Below, one piece after another: positions 56,844 to 64,000 of a DNA stretch of 64,000 nt. The stretch is taken from assembly GCA_963618015.1 (NCBI GenBank), contig CAVEQS010000009.1, positions 419 through 64,418 on the forward strand, in the 5' to 3' direction. Origin of the DNA: a bacterium. GTDB taxonomy: Bacteria; Bacillota; Clostridia; Oscillospirales; Oscillospiraceae. The notes beneath the pieces are model-generated. The model was not told the DNA's origin, searched no databases, and was given only the letters and a program-made list of their open reading frames with translations. The translations under genes and the position numbers were made by a program. Within the stretch, counting starts at the first letter, position 1. Every line of letters begins with the position of its first letter.

Positions 56844-57733
56844 AGATGGCAAAAGAAAAGACATCACGGCTCGGAACCGGGCTTTCCGCCCTGTTCGGCG
56901 AGGAGGAGAACGTCCTCGAAAACGAAACGGTGCAGACCCTGCCGATCTCACGGGTCGAGCCGCGCAAGGATCAGCCGCGCCGGGAGTTTGACCCCGCGGC
57001 GATCGAGGAGCTGGCAGCGTCCATCCGGGAATACGGACTCATCCAGCCCATCACGGTGCGTCCGCTGGATAAAGGCTATTATCAGATCATCGCGGGTGAG
57101 CGCCGCTGGCGCGCCTCCCGCGCCGCGGGACTCAAGGAAGTGCCGGTGCGCATTTTGGAGGCGGACGATAAGCTCGCCATGGAGCTTGCGCTCGTGGAAA
57201 ACCTCCAGCGCGAGGACTTAAACCCCATGGAAGAGGCCGCAGGCTATAAAAAGCTCATGGACGATTACGGCCTTACGCAGGAGCAGGTCGCCTCGCGCGT
57301 GCAGAAGTCGCGTCCCGCGGTCACGAACGCGCTGCGCCTTTTGTCGCTCGGCGAGACGCTGCAAAAGAAGGTCTCCGCCGGGAAGCTCTCCGCCGGTCAC
57401 GCGCGCGCCCTTCTGCCGCTCAAGACCGAGGCGCTGCGCGAAAAGGCGGCCGCCGAGGTCGAATCGCGCGGCTTGAGCGTCCGGCAGACGGAAACGCTCG
57501 TCGCTTCCCTGCTCCGCCAGGCGGAGCAGCCGGAAAAGGAAGAGAAGAAGCCGCCGGTCGTGGACTACGTCCGCGAGGCGGAAAAAGCGCTCAGCGACGC
57601 GCTGGGACGCGGCGTAAAGTTCCAGGGCGGGCAGAAAAAAGGCCGCATCGCGCTGGAGTTCTATTCCGCGGACGACCGCGAGGCGCTGATGGAAGCGCTC
57701 AAACATATGGACAAGCCCTGGAAAAAGAAATAA
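56840..57733 (+). CDS. spo0J: Chromosome partitioning protein ParB/Spo0J
   Basis: [52 protein letters not shown] overlap with parA. Confidence 0.93.
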   Translation: MKMAKEKTSRLGTGLSALFGEEENVLENETVQTLPISRVEPRKDQPRREFDPAAIEELAASIREYGLIQPITVRPLDKGYYQIIAGERRWRASRAAGLKEVPVRILEADDKLAMELALVENLQREDLNPMEEAAGYKKLMDDYGLTQEQVASRVQKSRPAVTNALRLLSLGETLQKKVSAGKLSAGHARALLPLKTEALREKAAAEVESRGLSVRQTETLVASLLRQAEQPEKEEKKPPVVDYVREAEKALSDALGRGVKFQGGQKKGRIALEFYSADDREALMEALKHMDKPWKKK

Positions 57734-57751
57734 TTTTGAGGAGAATATATC

Positions 57752-59053
57752 ATGCTGGACATTCGTTTTATTCGTGAGAATCCGGAACTCGTGCGCGAAA
57801 ACATCCGCAAGAAGTTCCAGGACAAGAAGCTCCCCCTCGTGGACGAGGTGCTGGAGCTGGATGAAAAGCTGCGCGCGGCGAAGACCGAGGCAAACGAGCT
57901 TCGCGCCAACCGCAACGCCCTTTCCAAGAAGATCGGCATGCTGATGGGTCAGGCGAAGAAGGATCCCTCCAAGCTCGAAGAGGCCGAGAGCGTCAAGGCC
58001 GAGGTCGCGCGCGAGGCCGCGCGGCTTGCCGAGCTCGAAAAGCTTGAGCCGGAGTACGAGGCGCAGCTCAAAGAGCGCATGATGGTCATCCCACAGATGA
58101 TCGATCCGAGCGTCCCCATCGGCCCGGACGACAGCTGCAACGTTGAGGTGCAGCGCTTCGGCGAGGCGACCGTGCCCGACTTTGAGATCCCCTACCACAC
58201 CGAGATCATGGAGAGCTTCAACGGCGTCGATCTGGACGCGGCGCGCCGCGTCTCCGGCAACGGCTTCTACTATCTCCGCGGCGATATCGCCCGCCTGCAC
58301 TCCGCCGTGCTGGCGTATGCGCGCGACTTCATGATCGATAAGGGCTTTGTCTACTATATCCCGCCGTACATGATCCACGGCGACGTGGTGCAGGGCGTCA
58401 TGTCCCAGACCGATATGGACGCCATGATGTACAAGATCGAGGGCGAGGACCTTTATCTCATCGGCACGAGCGAGCACTCCATGATCGGCTCGTTCATCGA
58501 CCGCATTGTCCCGGAGAAGGAGCTCCCCATCACCTATACGAGCTATTCTCCGTGCTTCCGCAAGGAAAAGGGCGCGCACGGCATCGAGGAGCGCGGCGTT
58601 TACCGCATCCACCAGTTCGAAAAGCAGGAGATGATCGTCGTCTGCAAGCCCGAGGAGAGCATGGAGTGGTACGAGAAAATGTGGCGCTACAGCGTGGAGC
58701 TGTTCCGCTCGCTCGAAATTCCGGTGCGTCAGCTCGAATGCTGCTCCGGCGACCTTGCCGATCTCAAGGTGAAGAGCTGCGATATCGAAGCCTGGAGCCC
58801 GCGCCAGCAGAAGTACTTTGAGGTCTGCTCCTGCTCGAATCTCGGCGATGCGCAGGCGCGCCGCCTGAAGATCCGCGTCCGCGGCGAAGACGGTAAGCTT
58901 TATCTTGCCCATACGCTCAACAACACCGTCGTTGCGCCTCCGCGCATGCTCATCGCGTTCCTGGAGAACCACCTGCACGCCGACGGCAGCGTCGATATCC
59001 CCGAGGTGCTTCGTCCGTACATGGGCGGCAAGGATCATCTCGAAAAGAAGTAA
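57752..59053 (+). CDS. serS: Serine--tRNA ligase
   Basis: N-terminal coiled-coil arm (MLDIRFIRENPELVRENI...), class II core FRKEKGAHG..RGVYRIHQFEK, TLNNTVVAPPRMLIAFLEN; 433 aa. Confidence 0.95.
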   Translation: MLDIRFIRENPELVRENIRKKFQDKKLPLVDEVLELDEKLRAAKTEANELRANRNALSKKIGMLMGQAKKDPSKLEEAESVKAEVAREAARLAELEKLEPEYEAQLKERMMVIPQMIDPSVPIGPDDSCNVEVQRFGEATVPDFEIPYHTEIMESFNGVDLDAARRVSGNGFYYLRGDIARLHSAVLAYARDFMIDKGFVYYIPPYMIHGDVVQGVMSQTDMDAMMYKIEGEDLYLIGTSEHSMIGSFIDRIVPEKELPITYTSYSPCFRKEKGAHGIEERGVYRIHQFEKQEMIVVCKPEESMEWYEKMWRYSVELFRSLEIPVRQLECCSGDLADLKVKSCDIEAWSPRQQKYFEVCSCSNLGDAQARRLKIRVRGEDGKLYLAHTLNNTVVAPPRMLIAFLENHLHADGSVDIPEVLRPYMGGKDHLEKK

Positions 59054-59080
59054 AACGTAAAATTCCAACGGGAACAACCA

Positions 59081-59908
59081 ATGGAAAACACCGTTCGTAT
59101 CCGTATTCTGCGCTGCGGAACGATGACTCCCCCGGCGGCAGCGTATCCGGGCGTGCCGAAGCGGTACGTCCGGCGCGGCCGCGTCGAGCTGCCGGTGAGC
59201 GCATTTCTCATCGAGACGCCGGGGCATAAGCCGGTGCTCGTCGATACCGGCTGGGGGCGTGCGATCAGCCCCGCGGGCGTATACGACCACGCCGCGGCGC
59301 GCGCGAAGCTCCCGCCGCGCTTGTGCGCCTACTGGCAGCCCGTCACGCCGCCGGGGTGGAGCGTGCGTGAGCAGCTTGCAAAGCTCGGCTTCTCCCCTGC
59401 CGAGCTCGAAACGGTTCTGCTCACATCGCTGGAGCCGGATCATGTTGCGGGCGTGGATGAGGTGAGCGATGCGCCTCTCATTGAGCTGCCGGAACAGGAG
59501 AAATACTGGACGCCGCGCACCGTGTACGCGCTGCGCCAGCCGCGCTCGCTCTGGGAGCACCTGCCGGTAAAGCCGTTTTATTACCGCGGCGTGCCGGACG
59601 GGCCATTCCGCCGGACGTGGGATCTCCTCGGCGACGGGAGCATCCTCTGCATCAGCACCCCGGGGTATACCGAGGGCGCGTGCGTCCTGCGCGTAAATTC
59701 CCCGAGCGGGAAATATGTGCTCGTGCAGTCCTCGATTGCCGTGTGCCGGGATGTGCTCGGCACGGAGAATGTGCCGCTTGCGGGCTTCAACCGTGAATTT
59801 CAAAAGCGCTCGCTCGCCTGGCTCTCGGATGTGAGCCGTGAGGAAAACTGCGCCGCCGTCCTCTTCGGGCATGACCCGGAGGAGATCCCGCGCGTGATCG
59901 AATTTTGA
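59081..59908 (+). CDS. MBL-fold hydrolase-like protein with degenerate metal motif
   Basis: Overall lactonase/MBL-like layout (SAFLIETPGHKPVLVDTG...). The position of HxHxDH reads SLEPDH. 275 aa. Confidence 0.6.
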   Translation: MENTVRIRILRCGTMTPPAAAYPGVPKRYVRRGRVELPVSAFLIETPGHKPVLVDTGWGRAISPAGVYDHAAARAKLPPRLCAYWQPVTPPGWSVREQLAKLGFSPAELETVLLTSLEPDHVAGVDEVSDAPLIELPEQEKYWTPRTVYALRQPRSLWEHLPVKPFYYRGVPDGPFRRTWDLLGDGSILCISTPGYTEGACVLRVNSPSGKYVLVQSSIAVCRDVLGTENVPLAGFNREFQKRSLAWLSDVSREENCAAVLFGHDPEEIPRVIEF

Positions 59909-59917
59909 GGTGACAAT

Positions 59918-60340
59918 GTGAAAGAAAAGCTGAAAGCCCTCTATGAAAAATACAAGGATCTCGTCCCCTACGTGTTCTTCGGCGTGCTGACGACGATCGT
60001 GAACTATGTCTCCTACTGGCTGTTTGCGCATCCGCTCGGCTGCAGCACGGTGGTCAGCACCGCCGTTGCGTGGCTTTTGAGCGTGCTGTTCGCCTATGTG
60101 ACGAACCGCCGCTGGGTCTTCCACAGCGAGGCGAAGGGCAGAAAGGAGATCGGGAAGGAGTTTGCCGCATTTTTCAGCGCCCGCCTGGGGACGGGGCTTC
60201 TGGATATGCTCATCATGTACCTGTGCGTCGATCTGCTCGGCTGGAACGACATGGTCATGAAGCTCGCCTCGAACGTCATCGTTGTCATTCTCAATTACAT
60301 TCTGAGCAAGTTCTTCATCTTCAAGAAAAAGGAAAAATAA
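59918..60340 (+). CDS. GtrA-family membrane protein
   Basis: 140 aa, 4 TM, with FGVLTTIVNYVSYWLF and NRRWVF motifs typical of GtrA. GTG start. The stop TAA lies in the first bases of repeat R15. Confidence 0.85.
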   Translation: MKEKLKALYEKYKDLVPYVFFGVLTTIVNYVSYWLFAHPLGCSTVVSTAVAWLLSVLFAYVTNRRWVFHSEAKGRKEIGKEFAAFFSARLGTGLLDMLIMYLCVDLLGWNDMVMKLASNVIVVILNYILSKFFIFKKKEK

Positions 60341-60467
60341 CCCCCTCCGGCTTTTGCCTGCGGCAAAATCCACCTCCCCTGGCGAGGGGAGACAAGATCG
60401 TTTACTGCAAACCCACTTGGCTCCCCTAATAGGGGAGCTGGCAGCGAAGCTGACTGAGGGTTTTTTT
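60337..60467. repeat. Repeat cluster R15: B1> spacer <A1 (type-1 composite)
   Basis: ATAACCCCCTCCGGCTTTTGCCtgcGGCAAAATCCACCTCCCCTggcgAGGGGAGACAAG, spacer ATCGTTTACTGCAAACCCA, CTTGGCTCCCCTaatAGGGGAGCTGGCAGCgaaGCTGACTGAGGGTTTTTTT. Confidence 0.85.
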
Positions 60468-60478
60468 CACCGTCAAAG

Positions 60479-60514
60479 CAGCAAAAGCGCCATCCGAGCG
60501 GATGGCGCTTTTGC
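60479..60514 (+). terminator. Long hairpin downstream of R15 (terminator-like)
   Basis: AGCAAAAGCGCCATCC-gagc-GGATGGCGCTTTTGCT. Confidence 0.45.
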
Positions 60515-60641
60515 TATACCCTGCGGCTGGTAAGGAAAGCGCTTTCGCTTTTTTTCGTTGACCGATTTTTGGCAGGTATATATACTTAGCACAACAAAAG
60601 GCGCTTTCCTTTTGTGACAAAAGAATAAAGGAGCGGAAAAG

Positions 60642-61889
60642 ATGAAGAAGATTCTTGCACTGCTGATGGCAGTATGCCTGATCGTTGCGATGCTGGCCGG
60701 CTGCGGCAGCACCCCGGCCGAACCGGTGCAGGCCACAGAGAAACCGGCGGCGGAGCAGCCCGCCGCGGAGCCGAGCGCGGAAAAGGAGACCGTCGCGCTG
60801 AAGGTGTGGGCGGATCAGGTCGAGCTGGAGCTGACGGAAAAGCTCTGCAATGATTTCGCCGCCGCGCATCCGGAAAAGGAATACGTTTTTGAGTTCGGCG
60901 CCGTCGGTGCGGTGGACGGCAAGTCCCGCTATCTCGAGGACCCCGCGGCCGCGGCGGACGTGTTCGTCTTTGCCGATGACCAGCTCATCGACCTCGTGAA
61001 GGCGGACGCGCTTTACGAAGTGACCCGCAACACCGATGCGATCGTTGCGGCGAACACCGCCGGCTCGATCAACGCCGCGTCCTACGACGGCGTGCTCTAC
61101 GGCTACCCCATGACCTCCGATAACGGCTACTTCCTGTACTACGATAAGTCGGTGTTCACCGAGGAAGACCTCAAAACGCTCGACGGCATTCTTGCCGCCG
61201 CCAACGCCGCCGGCAAGCAGGTACATATGGATGTTTCGAACGGCTGGTATCTCGCCTCCTTCTTCCTCGGCAACGGCTGCACGCTGACCATCGAGGACGG
61301 CAAGCAGGTCATGGACTTCAATAACGCCAACGGCCTCGCCGCGGCGGAAGCCATCCGCGAGTTCTGCAACAACCCGGCGTTCGTGACCGGCGACGACTCC
61401 GTCCTCTCCGGCGGCATCGGCGATTCCATCGCCTGCGGCGTCTCCGGCACGTGGGTCGCCACCGCCATTAAGGAAAAGCTCGGCGATAACTACGGCTGCT
61501 GCAAGCTGCCGACCTTTACGTGCGACGGCAAGCAGGTGCAGATGGGCTCCTTCCTCGGCTGCAAGATCTACGGTGTGAACTCCCAGACAGCCTACCCGGT
61601 GGACGCCATGGAGCTCGCGGAGTTTCTGACCTCCGAGCAGTCGCAGCTCGAGCGCTATGAAGCGCTCAACTACGGCCCGTCCAACGTGAACGCTCTGGCG
61701 AGCGACGCGGTCTCGTCCAACCTCGCGCTGCGCGCTCTCGGCGAGCAGAGCAACTACGCCGTGACGCAGCTCGTCCTCGGCGGCTTCTGGGTGCCGGCGG
61801 AGGCGTTCGGCGCCGAGCTGGAAGCTCACACCACCGCCGATCTGCAGACGCTGCTCGACCAGCTGGTGGAGCAGGCCACGGCGGGCTGA
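60642..61889 (+). CDS. Sugar ABC transporter substrate-binding lipoprotein (MalE/maltodextrin-like)
   Basis: MKKILALLMAVCLIVAMLAGCGS lipobox. 415 aa cluster-B SBP pattern, followed by MalF/MalG-like permeases. Confidence 0.88.
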   Translation: MKKILALLMAVCLIVAMLAGCGSTPAEPVQATEKPAAEQPAAEPSAEKETVALKVWADQVELELTEKLCNDFAAAHPEKEYVFEFGAVGAVDGKSRYLEDPAAAADVFVFADDQLIDLVKADALYEVTRNTDAIVAANTAGSINAASYDGVLYGYPMTSDNGYFLYYDKSVFTEEDLKTLDGILAAANAAGKQVHMDVSNGWYLASFFLGNGCTLTIEDGKQVMDFNNANGLAAAEAIREFCNNPAFVTGDDSVLSGGIGDSIACGVSGTWVATAIKEKLGDNYGCCKLPTFTCDGKQVQMGSFLGCKIYGVNSQTAYPVDAMELAEFLTSEQSQLERYEALNYGPSNVNALASDAVSSNLALRALGEQSNYAVTQLVLGGFWVPAEAFGAELEAHTTADLQTLLDQLVEQATAG

Positions 61890-61913
61890 TAACCTGTAAC
61901 TTGTACGGATAAA

Positions 61914-61938
61914 AGGGGCTGGCAACAGCCCCTTTTCC
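61914..61938 (+). terminator. Intra-operon hairpin/attenuator between binding-protein and permease genes
   Basis: AGGGGCTG-gcaa-CAGCCCCT followed by TTTCC. Confidence 0.55.
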
Positions 61939-61980
61939 GGGTTTCTTCCGAAGTGAACCGAGAAATTGCGGAGGTGCGCC

Positions 61981-63340
61981 ATGCACAGAGAAACAAAACG
62001 TCACATACTTCTGGATGCCGCGGCGAGAGGCAGTCTTTGGACGCGCCTGTCGTTTCTCGTCATGGGCGCGGGCTGCATCCGGTATAAGCAGTTCGTCCGC
62101 GGGGCGGCATATCTGCTCAGCGAGATCGGATTCATTTTCTTCTTCCGGGATTTCGCGCTGCAATATCTCTCCAAATTCGCAACGCTCGGCACGGAAACGC
62201 AGCGAAAGGTCTGGAACGAAGAATTGCAGATCTTCCAGCGTATCCCCGGGGATAACTCCATGCTGATACTGCTTTTCAGCGTGATGTCCATCGCCGTGTG
62301 CGCCGTGTTTCTCTATCTCTGGTACGCCAACGTCCGGGACGCCTGGCGCGCGCAGGAAAACGCCGAGCACGGCTGCGCGATCGCTTCCTTCCGGGACGAT
62401 CTCCGTGCCATGCCGCCACGAGAAATTCCATGTGACGCTGCTCGCCCTCCCTATGCTCACCATGGTGCTCTTCACGGTGCTGCCGATCGTTTTCATGATC
62501 CTCATCGCTTTCACGAATTTCGATGCCGACCACCAGCCCCCCGGAAACCTGTTCACCTGGGTCGGCATGACGAACGTGACCGATATCTTCCTCGGCAACG
62601 CGATCAAGACCCGCACGTTCTTCGGCCTGCTCGGCTGGACGATCGTATGGGCGATCCTCGCCACGTTCACGAACTACTTTTTCGGCATGCTGCTGGCCGT
62701 AGCCATCAACAGCAAGCTCGTAAAGCTCAAAAAGGTCTGGCGCACCTGCTTTGTCATCGCGATCGCCATTCCGCAGTTTGTAAGTCTCCTGCTCATCTCC
62801 CGCGCGCTGGAACCGGCGGGCGCGGTGAATGTGCTGCTCATGAAGCTCGGCATCATCCAATCGCCGCTGCCGTTCCTTCTCGATCCAACGCTCGCGCGCA
62901 TCGTCGCGGTCGTGATCAATATGTGGATCGGCATTCCGTATTCGATGATCACGTTCTCCGGCGTTTTGATGAACATCCCCGCGGAGCTCTACGAGAGCGC
63001 CGAGATCGACGGCGCAGGCCCCATGCGGAAATTCATCTCTATCACGCTGCCGTACATGTTCTTCGTCACCGCCCCGGCGACGATCACAACGTTTGTTACA
63101 AACTTCAATAACTTCAACGTCATTTACCTTCTCACCGCCGGCGGGCCGTTCTCGCTCGACTACTACCAGGCGGGCAAGACCGACCTTCTTGTCACCTGGC
63201 TCTATAAGCTCACCGTGAACCGCAACGACTATTCTCTCGCCTCCACCATCGGCATTTTCATCTTCCTGCTGGTGGGCACCTGCTCGCTTCTCGTCTATAA
63301 CCGTACCGGAGCCGTAACGAAGGAGGATCAGTTCCAATGA
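61981..63340 (+). pseudogene. MalF-like sugar ABC permease interrupted by a +1 frameshift near 62410..62416 (pseudogene or sequencing error)
   Basis: Frame 1 from ATG 61981 gives a plausible MalF N-terminus, up to ...SFRDDLRAM. Its continuation (PPREIPCDAARPPYAHHG...) is Arg/His/Pro-rich junk. The permease body HEKFHVTLLALPMLTMVLFTVLPIVFMILIAFTNFD... continues in the next frame (track ORF 62405..63340). Removing one C from GCCGCC at ~62411..62416 joins them as RAMRHEKFHV. Confidence 0.65.
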
Positions 63341-64000
63341 AAAATGCACGTATCCGCCGCCGTATTTCGGCCATTGCCTTAAACGCGCTCATCGCCATCC
63401 TCGCCATACTGTGGCTCGTGCCGGTGTTCTGGCTGATCGTTTCGTCCTTCCGCGCCGAGCAGGGCGCCTATACGCCCTATCTCTGGCCGAAGGCGTTCAC
63501 CTTTGATAATTATATCCGCCTGTTCACCGACCGGCGGCTGTTCGATTTCCCACGCTGGCTCGGCAACACGCTCTTCGTCGCCGGGTGCAGCTGCGTCCTC
63601 ACGACGATGCTCACGCTGATGGTGGCGTATGTCTATTCCCGCCTGCGCTTCCCGAAGCGCCGCTTTCTCATGAACGCTTCGCTCGTGCTGGGGATGTTCC
63701 CGGGCTTCATGAGCATCATTGCGATTTACCATTTCATGAAGGCCATCGGGCTGGATCAGACGCTTTTAGCGCTGATTTTGGTATATTCCGGCGGCGCAGC
63801 GCTCAATTATTACATCGCCAAGGGCTATTTTGATACCATCCCCAAATCGCTGGACGAGGCCGCGATCTTAGACGGCGCCTCAAACAGCACGGTGTTCTGG
63901 AAGATCATCCTGCCGAACGCCAAGCCCGTCATCGCCACGACCGCCATCAACGCCTTTATAAACCCCATCGTCGATTACATCTTCGTCTCGGTCATCATGA
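63337..64000 (+). CDS. MalG-like sugar ABC permease, 3' end cut by window edge
   Basis: Hand translation from ATG 63337 (ATGA overlap) gives MKNARIRRRISAIALNALIAILAILWLVPVFWLIVSSFRAEQG...DTIPKSLDEAAILDGASNSTVFWKIILPNAKP (EAA loop). Open to the end of the window, so it is not in the ORF track. Confidence 0.85.
   Translation, partial: MKNARIRRRISAIALNALIAILAILWLVPVFWLIVSSFRAEQGAYTPYLWPKAFTFDNYIRLFTDRRLFDFPRWLGNTLFVAGCSCVLTTMLTLMVAYVYSRLRFPKRRFLMNASLVLGMFPGFMSIIAIYHFMKAIGLDQTLLALILVYSGGAALNYYIAKGYFDTIPKSLDEAAILDGASNSTVFWKIILPNAKPVIATTAINAFINPIVDYIFVSVIM

Noticed and set aside
61966-63111. 381-aa ORF taken as one intact protein.
   Set aside because: Only its first ~145 residues look like a MalF N-terminus. 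The rest (PPREIPCDAARPPYAHHGALHGAADRFHDPHRFHEF...) is out-of-frame translation of the permease body, which reads correctly in the 62405..63340 frame.

Overview
GC-rich chromosomal window from a spore-forming Firmicute, probably Clostridia/Oscillospiraceae-like (gerA-type operon, gpr, and a replication-origin gene set). It is centred on oriC. The tightly packed minus-strand block dnaA-dnaN-recF-remB-gyrB-gyrA-(SHOCT protein)-rnhA-ABC exporter-asnS sits at about 12.2-24.9 kb. Six TTTTCCACA-type DnaA boxes lie between dnaA and dnaN, and one more box plus an AT-rich tract lies upstream of dnaA. Left of that block are a gerA-type A-C-B germination operon, two OmpR/HK two-component pairs, a HAD-IIA hydrolase, a Phd/ParE toxin-antitoxin pair, a PepSY protein, a MATE exporter and a TIGR00266/AIM24 protein. 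To the right are pstCAB, a truncated PsuG-like gene, a PDZ protein, mfd, a PrsA-like PPIase, an XRE+SLOG(DUF1273) pair, dtxR-feoA-feoA-feoB, a sugar nucleotidyltransferase, an orphan MalK/MsmK-type ATPase, glyA, galE, an unusually long RND pump, a TAXI-TRAP transporter, dagK, rpsT, gpr, two perfect parS sites with parA-parB, serS, an MBL-fold protein, GtrA, and a maltodextrin-type ABC importer whose MalF-like permease is frameshifted. I recognised no new protein-coding system. The signal the gene map does not explain is an extremely dense family of ~50-nt two-hairpin modules. There are about 30 modules in 14 intergenic clusters, roughly 2 kb by hand count. They come in two complementary flavours (A/B) and three sequence subfamilies, are arranged in alternating orientation like E. 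coli BIMEs, and are very often placed within a few nt of a stop codon. No transposase, RAYT, integrase, CRISPR array, tRNA or rRNA was seen. Coordinates of starts were refined by hand from the ORF track, and nothing was computed with tools.
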